Shown here: positions 49,457 through 57,652 of the stretch, one piece after another
Layout of the letters: each line of letters opens with the position of its first letter
How positions within the stretch are numbered: the first letter of the stretch is position 1
From: a virus
Lineage: Duplodnaviria; Caudoviricetes
Length of the DNA stretch: 64,000 nt
Strand: one strand, 5' to 3'
Virus record (IMG/VR): IMGVR_UViG_3300025715_000009
Coordinates: 96,001-160,000 of that record
The notes under the pieces: generated by a model
Database searches by the model: none
Told to the model about the DNA's origin: nothing
The model's input: the letters and a program-made list of their open reading frames with translations, nothing else
Position numbers and translations under genes: made by a program

Positions 49457-50409
49457 GATCTATCCCTAAATAATTTTCTAATAACTATGTGATAATTATC
49501 CTCTACTGATGCATAAAATTTAGCAAAAAAATTATCCATATTTGACAACATATTTTCTTGATTTTTCTTCCAAGATACATAATTTTTAACTTCTTTTTGA
49601 TCACCATATCCACCTGTTGCTGTATTTGGTTCTGCTAAAATAAATCTTAACCATGCACCATCACTCATTGTGCCATATGACACAAGTAAATAACCAAGAC
49701 TATTTGCTCTTGGAATTATTTTATCAAATAATTTTTGTATTTCTTTTACTTGATGTGTAAATATTTTTCTATCAGTAATATTTTCATCCATATCCTCTCT
49801 TGGGTGGGCTTCAAATGATATATATTTTTCATTTTTATTAAAAATCAATAATATATTTTTCTTTTTTGCAAATTCTATAAGAGGCGTAAAAATATTCTTC
49901 TTTTTTTCATTCTTCTCATGTTTATATAAAACGTCCCATCTATTGCTTTTTTCTTCTTTTGATTTAACCAACAAATCCCCTATTTTATTTATAGAAGAGA
50001 CTATTGGGTTGAGAACATCACTAACAGATTGTCTAAGATCTCCTTCACTACTTTTAACTGTATTATAATATACATCGCTTTTAATTTTTATTTTTGTGCC
50101 TGTAATATAAAAATATATATCTAATGGTATTTCTTTATATGATTTATATTCACAATCTTTAAACTCTATTTTGTTTGTATTTGCTGAATCAAACCATTTG
50201 TTTTTAGTATTATGAATATCATCTTTTCTAAATGTATCTATTGCACCTTGTACTTGATGATATGGTATTTTCCATCCGCTTTTCTCAAGTAAATAAAATA
50301 ATGCACGAGCAAATTTAACTGGCTGTTCTTGAATCACATCCAAGGCACTTTTATCGAGTATTCTCTCTATTTGCTTTGTTCTTGATTCTGTTAGTTTATC
50401 CAAGATCAT
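49453..50409 (-). CDS. Hypothetical protein (LTE leader, C-terminal VIRKLF tag)
   Basis: 318-aa ORF. Confidence 0.7.
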   Translation of the reverse strand: MILDKLTESRTKQIERILDKSALDVIQEQPVKFARALFYLLEKSGWKIPYHQVQGAIDTFRKDDIHNTKNKWFDSANTNKIEFKDCEYKSYKEIPLDIYFYITGTKIKIKSDVYYNTVKSSEGDLRQSVSDVLNPIVSSINKIGDLLVKSKEEKSNRWDVLYKHEKNEKKKNIFTPLIEFAKKKNILLIFNKNEKYISFEAHPREDMDENITDRKIFTHQVKEIQKLFDKIIPRANSLGYLLVSYGTMSDGAWLRFILAEPNTATGGYGDQKEVKNYVSWKKNQENMLSNMDNFFAKFYASVEDNYHIVIRKLFRDRS

Positions 50410-50710
50410 TATGTCCTTTAGAAAAATTTATTTTATCTATTTCAAAAATTCTTTTAATGAAAAATCTTAATCTATTTTGTTTTTCTTCAATTTTCCAATC
50501 TTTGACAGTATTAAGTATTTGTTTTTTATCAGACCAAGTATAAATAAATTCTTTTTGAAAACAAACTTCATCATCTGCAATATAAAATCTTCTTAAATTC
50601 ATTGAATTAGAGGTTATTGATTTAATATATAAACAATTGTATATATATATTGTATTACCATCATAGGAATAAAAAAATGTCATCCCAGGTTTAATATCAT
50701 CAAACTTCAT
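50396..50710 (-). CDS. SH3-like small protein, C-terminal FIKRIF tag
   Basis: MKFDDIKPG start. Confidence 0.65.
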   Translation of the reverse strand: MKFDDIKPGMTFFYSYDGNTIYIYNCLYIKSITSNSMNLRRFYIADDEVCFQKEFIYTWSDKKQILNTVKDWKIEEKQNRLRFFIKRIFEIDKINFSKGHNDLG

Positions 50711-50711
50711 T

Positions 50712-50746
50712 AAAAAACCTCCATGATTATCTTATCATGGAGGTTT
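50712..50746 (-). terminator. Terminator/RBS-occluding hairpin with AAGATAAT in the loop
   Basis: AAACCTCCATGAT-AAGATA-ATCATGGAGGTTT-TTTA-ATG. Confidence 0.75.
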
Positions 50747-50771
50747 AAATAGTTATACTTTAATTAAAAAA

Positions 50772-52538
50772 TCAAACTCTCCAAGCCAAATAGACAGAGA
50801 CTACAGGGTCATGAATTGCTTCACCAGAACCAGAAACATATGCCTGAATATAATCACCTGCTGTTATATTGATATTATCATTTGTTGAAGTGTATTCACC
50901 AGCAGTAAGATTAAACGTTTTAATAGAAGCAGGAAGACCATTTTTTCTAATTTGTATTTCTTTAGTTAAATTACCACCAGTTGTACGAGCAGTCACCTTA
51001 GTTATTACAGCATTCAATGGAATCTTAAATCCTACTTCAGTTCCTAAAGCAGAACCAACTTTTAGATATTTACCACTTGCTGCTTGGTCTGCCCAATCAT
51101 ATCTTTGCTCATCAACACTTATCCATTTTGCTCTTGTTCCATCATAGTTATATAAGTGGCCATTAATAAATGCAATTTGTCCAGCAGCAAGACCAGATGT
51201 TGGGGCTGCTGTTTGTTGTGTCAATTCTAATGGTGCATAAGTAGCAGATGTGGCATCTAATTTAACAGAACCAGAATCAACTATTACTACTCTACCAGAA
51301 CCACCACCTGTAGGACCATCATAAACTTCATCTAATGTATCAGCACCTGATGCTAATGAACGAACTTCATTCAATGCACCAATGATTGATGTTGCTGTAT
51401 AACCAACAAGACCAGTTGTTCCTGTTTGTGATAATGCAATAGGAGAAGACAAGAATTGATCTTTAAAAGTTAATGCACTTGCAGATGAGATAGCAATGTT
51501 GCCAGAAGTGAGAGTTGATAAGGTTAATGTATTACCAGTAACAGACAAATTAGAAGCAGATGTAGCATCTAAAGTTATTGCTCCACCATTCACATCTAAT
51601 GATCCATTAATTTGAGTAGTTGTTCCAGTTACTTTTAATGATTGTGTAGCACCAGAAGATACAATAAATGATCTGCCAGATGATAATTGGAAATCAACAT
51701 CAGTTGTGTCTACTGTTACAATTGATCCATCATCATAAGCATCATTCAATGAATGAGTAATATCCAAAGTTCCATTAACTATATTATCAATATCACCTTG
51801 TAATTCATATAAAGCAGATTGAACATTAGTTGATGCTAAATTACCAGATGGGGTGACAGAAATAGAATTTGATGCTCCCCAATCAATATCGGCTATTTTA
51901 ACCCATTGATCTGACCAAGCACCAGAAGTAGCCACGCAAACATATTGAGCTGGCTTGCCATCACCATCATCAGCTACCATTCTGGCATCATTTACTACGT
52001 TACCAGTAACAGGAAGAACAGTTCCAGAACCATAACTTGTATCTGTTCTATCAACTGGTTCTTTCCAACTTAACGCACCAAATTGTGGAGCATTAGTAAT
52101 ATTATCCCAGTGAACAGCTACTGTACCTGTATTGGAATTACTTAGTTGTGTTTTTGTGTAATATCTTGTATCGTGATTGTGTAATGCAGTACCAGAAGAA
52201 GCATCTCCGCCATTTGTTAGTCTTTCTAACTCTGCACCAGTTACATCAGTATCATCATCTTTGCCAGAAACATAAGCAAAATCAATTTTATCAAATTTAG
52301 TAAGAGCAGTTAAATAATCAATAAGTTGAGTATAAGTAAGTGTTACTGCCCCAGATCCTTGATCAAGAGTTACCTCACCATCTCCTGCCATTGCTGTTTG
52401 GATGTCAGTAGATTCAACAATATCTTCATTTCTATAATTTAATAAAAGATCTGTTTCTTCCCCTGCTTCCAAATAGATACCAAGATCAGAAACTTCTAAA
52501 GCAACTGATCCTGTATTTTTAAATAATAGTATATCCAT
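50772..52538 (-). CDS. Fibre/structural protein (paralogue of 42716 and 44596)
   Basis: Shared N-module, DVTGAELERLTNG, HNHDTRYYT, TLDEVY..APLEL..LAAGQI..KW C-module. Confidence 0.75.
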   Translation of the reverse strand: MDILLFKNTGSVALEVSDLGIYLEAGEETDLLLNYRNEDIVESTDIQTAMAGDGEVTLDQGSGAVTLTYTQLIDYLTALTKFDKIDFAYVSGKDDDTDVTGAELERLTNGGDASSGTALHNHDTRYYTKTQLSNSNTGTVAVHWDNITNAPQFGALSWKEPVDRTDTSYGSGTVLPVTGNVVNDARMVADDGDGKPAQYVCVATSGAWSDQWVKIADIDWGASNSISVTPSGNLASTNVQSALYELQGDIDNIVNGTLDITHSLNDAYDDGSIVTVDTTDVDFQLSSGRSFIVSSGATQSLKVTGTTTQINGSLDVNGGAITLDATSASNLSVTGNTLTLSTLTSGNIAISSASALTFKDQFLSSPIALSQTGTTGLVGYTATSIIGALNEVRSLASGADTLDEVYDGPTGGGSGRVVIVDSGSVKLDATSATYAPLELTQQTAAPTSGLAAGQIAFINGHLYNYDGTRAKWISVDEQRYDWADQAASGKYLKVGSALGTEVGFKIPLNAVITKVTARTTGGNLTKEIQIRKNGLPASIKTFNLTAGEYTSTNDNINITAGDYIQAYVSGSGEAIHDPVVSVYLAWRV

Positions 52539-52589
52539 ATATCCTCCATATAAGATTTATATTATCTTATATCTTTTGAGGATAATGTT

Positions 52590-52826
52590 TTATTTAGATA
52601 GTAATAATAATTTAGCAATTAAAAATTCAGAATCTTGAGTTGGTTTATACCGCTTTTTAAATGCATCATAATCTTTGTTGGATATAAATACTTTCTCTTT
52701 TACTATAACAGTGTTATTTAATTTATTATATTTGAGACGACTAGCCCAAAATCCAGATTCAGTATCCTCTAATTTATTAAATAGAGTTATATGAGTCGTT
52801 GTTTCTTTGTAAAAAATTAACATCAA
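52590..52826 (-). CDS. Small hypothetical protein, C-terminal AKLLLL tag
   Basis: ORF. Confidence 0.6.
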   Translation of the reverse strand: MMLIFYKETTTHITLFNKLEDTESGFWASRLKYNKLNNTVIVKEKVFISNKDYDAFKKRYKPTQDSEFLIAKLLLLSK

Positions 52827-53088
52827 AAAATTCTCTTAATTGATCATTTTGAAGGATTGCTTTTGCAACAACATCTGATCCTTCATTTAATTCTTGAAAA
52901 GGTTTAATACGAGATAAAAATTTATCTATATCTTTAGCTTGAATTCTTGAAATATGTTTTTTGACAGCTTTTGTTTTACGATCAATATAAACACTAATGA
53001 TAACTGGGCCCATAGAAAGCATAAGAGGTCTATAAATTACTACATATCGTGGAGTGATTTTATGATAAATTTTATTTTCTAATTGCAT
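52777..53088 (-). CDS. Hypothetical protein, near-C-terminal AKAIL tag
   Basis: Likely start MQLENK after GAGGAG. Confidence 0.6.
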   Translation of the reverse strand: MQLENKIYHKITPRYVVIYRPLMLSMGPVIISVYIDRKTKAVKKHISRIQAKDIDKFLSRIKPFQELNEGSDVVAKAILQNDQLREFFDVNFLQRNNDSYNSI

Positions 53089-53089
53089 A

Positions 53090-53395
53090 TTATCTCCTCT
53101 CCAATAGTAGTAATTCTTTGGCTGCCAGAATTTTATCTGGATAAGATTCAACTATATCTCTTGCTTGAGGATAATAATCACAAGATGGATCTTTATTCTT
53201 CATATAGAGCAGAGACAGCCAAAGCTTCTCTTCTGGGATTAGTTCCTCATTAGTAAAATCAAGCATTACAGATTGATGATTTATCTCAAGTATTAAAGTT
53301 CCAGCAATATAACATCCTCCAAACCCTGGGATATTATGATACATATTCTTTAGATGATAAATAAGATCTTTATGCTCTACTGTAATCTTACTCAT
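53090..53395 (-). CDS. Hypothetical protein, C-terminal AKELLLL tag
   Basis: ORF. Confidence 0.65.
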   Translation of the reverse strand: MSKITVEHKDLIYHLKNMYHNIPGFGGCYIAGTLILEINHQSVMLDFTNEELIPEEKLWLSLLYMKNKDPSCDYYPQARDIVESYPDKILAAKELLLLERR

Positions 53396-54716
53396 AATTC
53401 CTCACAATTGTAAGACACTCATCAATAGTATGAACTTCGCCCTCAAGCTGTTTGTCCATAACAAATCCAAGAATCTCTTTGAATTTAGGACCAGGTTTCA
53501 TACCAAGATCAATAAGGTGTTTTCCGGTAAGAATAGGCTTAGGTAGCTGTTTCTCATTCTTCATCTTATCAGCAAGAGACTTGACAAAAGTAACACCATC
53601 CATTTTAGTATGAGCTCTCTCAGAATCAGCAGGATGACAAGAAAGGCAGTCAGCCTCAAAAAGAGTAATCAATTTATCAAAATGAGGTTGAGCAATGAAC
53701 TTGCGAACCGTTGCCTTGCGCATATCCTGCATAGTTCCAATCTGCATGTGGTAAGCTACAAGAGAAGTAATCATCTCTTTATCAAAATTTGAAGACTTCA
53801 TTCTCTCCATAATGGAAAGAGCAATATCAGCCCCAACTTTATCATGATTATGACAAGAAATATTACCATCAGCATTTACAACTGAAGTAGCAGGCTTGCC
53901 AACATCATGAAGAAGAGCTGCCCAAAGAAGATTAAGGTCATTAGTTCTCTCTCGAGTAGCATCTAAAACCATCATGGTATGTATGCCGCAGTTACCCTCA
54001 CTATGCCACTTGGCAGATTGCTCACAATTCCAGAGAGTAGATACCTCAGGAAGAATTTGATCAAGCAACCCAAGAGATCTGAGCATTTCAAAAGCAATTG
54101 AAGGCTTATCAGAGATAAGCATCTTATCAAGCTCATCTTTGATCCTCTCAATAGAGACATCATGTATGCGATGAGCATTTTTGCGGATTATATTTTTAGT
54201 ATCCTCGTCCATTGAGAAATCAAGTTTGGCAGCAAATCTTACAGCTCTAAGAATACGAAGTCTATCCTCATCAATTCTATCTTGAGCATTGCCAATAAAG
54301 CGGATAACCTTATTCTCAATATCCTGTTTTCCACCAACAAAATCCATGATCTTATCATTAAGAGGATCGTAGAATAAACCGTTGATGGTAAGATCTCGAC
54401 GTTGAGCATCTTCTTTAGGCGAGGAAAAAGAGATTGACTTAGGCCTACGACCATCTATATAATTACCATCATTTCTGAAAGTGGCAACTTCATACTCTTG
54501 ACCATCTATGAGAACCACAATAATACCAAATTGCTTGCCAACAGGGATGGTTTTTGAGAAAATAGACTCAACTTTATTAGGAGTAGCATCAGTAACTATA
54601 TCAATATCATGAGGCTCAAGACCTAAAAGCATGTCTCTGACACACCCACCTGCATAATAGGCAACATGTCCGTGAGAGGAAAGAGTTTTTACAATTTGAA
54701 GTGCTCTTAAATCCAT
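53388..54716 (-). CDS. cca: CCA tRNA nucleotidyltransferase with HD domain
   Basis: GGCVRD..DIDI, EVATFR, RRDLTIN, EDRLRILRAVRF, HDVGKP. Confidence 0.92.
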   Translation of the reverse strand: MDLRALQIVKTLSSHGHVAYYAGGCVRDMLLGLEPHDIDIVTDATPNKVESIFSKTIPVGKQFGIIVVLIDGQEYEVATFRNDGNYIDGRRPKSISFSSPKEDAQRRDLTINGLFYDPLNDKIMDFVGGKQDIENKVIRFIGNAQDRIDEDRLRILRAVRFAAKLDFSMDEDTKNIIRKNAHRIHDVSIERIKDELDKMLISDKPSIAFEMLRSLGLLDQILPEVSTLWNCEQSAKWHSEGNCGIHTMMVLDATRERTNDLNLLWAALLHDVGKPATSVVNADGNISCHNHDKVGADIALSIMERMKSSNFDKEMITSLVAYHMQIGTMQDMRKATVRKFIAQPHFDKLITLFEADCLSCHPADSERAHTKMDGVTFVKSLADKMKNEKQLPKPILTGKHLIDLGMKPGPKFKEILGFVMDKQLEGEVHTIDECLTIVRNYE

Positions 54717-54751
54717 ATAGTTATTATATTACATAAATTCAAGCTCTAAAA

Positions 54752-55009
54752 CTAAAGGAAATACATTTCTCTTATTGAAACAAATGGTATGATAATTACA
54801 TCATCTTTAGTTGTTCTAAAAACACAATAATCATCTCCTACCATAATAAATTTTCCGCTATATTCGTTTTTATCTAAAATAATATAAACTGCTTGATTTT
54901 GAGAATATAGTTTATATATTAAAGAAGGAAATTCTCTTGGATAAGAGAATGTTTGAGCAGACAAAGATAATGATAAGATTAAAAACAAGAGAAAGATTAT
55001 TTTTTTCAA
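54752..55009 (-). CDS. Small secreted protein (Sm/Hfq-like beta pattern)
   Basis: Signal peptide MKKIIFLLFLILSLSLSA-Q. Confidence 0.6.
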   Translation of the reverse strand: MKKIIFLLFLILSLSLSAQTFSYPREFPSLIYKLYSQNQAVYIILDKNEYSGKFIMVGDDYCVFRTTKDDVIIIPFVSIREMYFL

Positions 55010-55377
55010 GCATATTCCTTTTCAATGATTGAAATAGCATGTTGAACACCAAGAGAGAAATCATCATTACCTGAAAATTCTTTTTTAAGATTTTCCAAGA
55101 TATTTTTCTTTGGTTTCTTTAACTCTTCTAATCTTTTAATAAAAGATTCTGCTTCTGGTTGAAGATGATATTTGTTAAGATCTTTGTATCTTTCAAAAGA
55201 GTAGACAGTTGTTTTTCTGGTTATTTTACCAAATAAACTTCTTTTATTCCAATAAACTTTAATATCATCAAACACATCTTCTGAAAAAGCATTGCGCGAT
55301 TCTCTTCTGATACAAACATCAAAATCAATAAAATTCTTTTCAATCTCTAATGGCAGAATCACACTACACCTCCACAA
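55006..55377 (-). CDS. Hypothetical protein
   Basis: ORF; start uncertain. Confidence 0.6.
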   Translation of the reverse strand: MWRCSVILPLEIEKNFIDFDVCIRRESRNAFSEDVFDDIKVYWNKRSLFGKITRKTTVYSFERYKDLNKYHLQPEAESFIKRLEELKKPKKNILENLKKEFSGNDDFSLGVQHAISIIEKEYA

Positions 55378-56107
55378 ATTTAACTAAAGCATCAGCTTGA
55401 CGAGTTCCAGGGATGGGTACCATCTCATTAGTATTTACCACTACTTCTGCATGACCATAAAGGCGTTTTGCTTCATCATCAGCATGTTTGACAACTTGAG
55501 TATAATTATAATGAAGGCTTGCTCTCTCAATCAAAACATGATATCCACTCTTTGTCTGAATTACATGATAAATAACACCATGATTTTTGAAATCAGAACA
55601 TGCTTCTTGAACAAGCGCAATCTCTGGAACATCAAGATCAATATCAAGCAAAGAAAGTGTTCCTCTTGCCCTTTGATAACAGTTCATAAGCATGGTATCT
55701 AATTTAGCCAAGTTACCATAAGCCTCTGGATTGTCAGAGAGGTCAAAGAGAAGTTGATTTGTCTTCTCATAGAATTCCTTGAGAGCCTTTTTGCCAGACA
55801 CAGGATTGATGTTGGCATATACTACAAGACACTTGCTTGGAAGACGAATATCAGATCGAGAAGTATAAGCATCCTCATGAACTTCATAAGATCTTAGCAC
55901 CCTGAGAAAAGTAGAAAAGTCAGTCTTCTTGACCAACTTGCGGGCAAACATTTCTGTCCTTCCAAGATCAATCTCTTTCCTCTCTTCTGGTGTTAGATAT
56001 TTGTTTCGAGCAGATAGAGAGAGAAAGTAAGCCTCTTCTGGTTTAAGAGGAGAAAGAAGAGAATGGAAAAGCTTTACTTGTTCAATGTCATAAATAAATT
56101 CAGTCAT
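55364..56107 (-). CDS. AEP/primase-polymerase-like protein
   Basis: LLDIDLD (DxD) and QTKSGYHVL (SGxH) motifs. Confidence 0.55.
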   Translation of the reverse strand: MTEFIYDIEQVKLFHSLLSPLKPEEAYFLSLSARNKYLTPEERKEIDLGRTEMFARKLVKKTDFSTFLRVLRSYEVHEDAYTSRSDIRLPSKCLVVYANINPVSGKKALKEFYEKTNQLLFDLSDNPEAYGNLAKLDTMLMNCYQRARGTLSLLDIDLDVPEIALVQEACSDFKNHGVIYHVIQTKSGYHVLIERASLHYNYTQVVKHADDEAKRLYGHAEVVVNTNEMVPIPGTRQADALVKFVEV

Positions 56108-56109
56108 AT

Positions 56110-57144
56110 TTACCTCTCAATGGTTCCACTTCCAATTACAATATTATTCTGATATAAAGCAACAATTTGACCTGGTGTAACACCTTTTTGTGGGATAGAG
56201 AAAACAATCTCATCTCCTACAACAGAAGACAAAATAGGAGTATGATTCTGCCTAATCTTGGCATAAATAGGATCATTTGTAATAGGAGAGAAAAAGAATT
56301 TGTTCATCTTTAATGAAGATGAAAAGATCTCTGCCTCTGTGGCTACAACAATTCTATTATTAACAGAATCAATCTCTTTGACAAAAAGAGGAGTAGTAGA
56401 TCCTACATTTATCCCCTTCCTCTGACCAATAGTATAATTAGTAATGCCAACATGGCGACCAAGAATCTTGCCAGTAGTATCAATGATGTCTCCTGGTATA
56501 GAAGGAAATAAAATCTTATATCCTGTTCCAATAAAATCTTGTGAATCTTTCTTGTCAGCAGTCTCAAGACCAAAATCTGCAGCCATCTTTCTGGTCTGCT
56601 CCTTGGTATATTCACCAAGAGGGAACATAACCTTATTTAAGATAAAAGGAGAAAGCTTGCTAAGAAAATAGGACTGATCCTTTTTAGAATCTAGAGCCTT
56701 ACAAACAAAAGACTTATCACCACATCTCTTAATACGAGCATAATGACCAGTAGCAAAATAATCAAATTCTATTCCACTCTTGAATACCTTATCCAAAAAA
56801 ACACCAAACTTGATTTTGTCATTACACATAACACAAGGATTAGGTGTCCTACCTGCATTATACTCAGAAGTAAAGTAGTTCATTACCTCAACACTAAACT
56901 CAGCAGATACATCAATTACATGATAAGGGATATCATGTTTAGCACATATACTCTTACAGGTGTCAATATCCTTGAGTTTGTCTGACCCATAGCAAGAAGT
57001 AGAATTAGCCAATTTATCACGAAGAGGATTATTAGGATTATATGTTTTCATAGTAATGCCGACAACATCATAACCTTGATTCTTGAGCAGAATTAAAGTA
57101 GTAGTAGAGTCAACACCACCAGATAGGCCTACGGCAATCTTCAT
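56110..57144 (-). CDS. mnmA: tRNA 2-thiouridine(34) synthase MnmA
   Basis: SGGVDS, TPNPCVMCN, ATGHY, KDQSYFL, YTIGQRKG, TPGQ. Confidence 0.93.
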   Translation of the reverse strand: MKIAVGLSGGVDSTTTLILLKNQGYDVVGITMKTYNPNNPLRDKLANSTSCYGSDKLKDIDTCKSICAKHDIPYHVIDVSAEFSVEVMNYFTSEYNAGRTPNPCVMCNDKIKFGVFLDKVFKSGIEFDYFATGHYARIKRCGDKSFVCKALDSKKDQSYFLSKLSPFILNKVMFPLGEYTKEQTRKMAADFGLETADKKDSQDFIGTGYKILFPSIPGDIIDTTGKILGRHVGITNYTIGQRKGINVGSTTPLFVKEIDSVNNRIVVATEAEIFSSSLKMNKFFFSPITNDPIYAKIRQNHTPILSSVVGDEIVFSIPQKGVTPGQIVALYQNNIVIGSGTIER

Positions 57145-57316
57145 AGTATCTTTATTTTATATCGATCTAGCCAATCTCTAAAATTAAGTTTATCAGAATA
57201 AAATCCAATACTAACCCTTACTGGGAATTCTTTTCCTCCAAGCTTATATAGTTCTTCAGCTTGGTCATTAGTCATATATTTAATTTCTGGTAGGTTTTTA
57301 AGTTTGAATAGGGTTT

Positions 57317-57643
57317 TCATTTCTTCTCCTTGGTTAGAATATATTTTTTACTATTATCATGTCCATAAGCTGGAATTAAAAAGATCTTGTCTTTAAAAGT
57401 AGAAATATAAAACCCATGATCTGCCATAAATACCATTTCTTCTTTTTGGATCCAAGAAGCAGAAAAAGTAGAATCTTTTAAATAAACTTTATATATTCCA
57501 TCAGATTGAAATACGATTATTCCTAAATTGGTTGTCAACCCATCCCATCTTTCTGCTGATAAATTCCACTTGCCAGTAAGATTAACTTGAGCAAATAAAA
57601 AAACAGAAAGAAAAAGAAATAGGATAAAGAAAACCTTTTTCAT
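57317..57643 (-). CDS. Secreted protein (lipocalin-like LTGKW)
   Basis: Signal peptide plus LTGKW. Confidence 0.65.
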   Translation of the reverse strand: MKKVFFILFLFLSVFLFAQVNLTGKWNLSAERWDGLTTNLGIIVFQSDGIYKVYLKDSTFSASWIQKEEMVFMADHGFYISTFKDKIFLIPAYGHDNSKKYILTKEKK

Positions 57644-57652
57644 GCTATCTCC

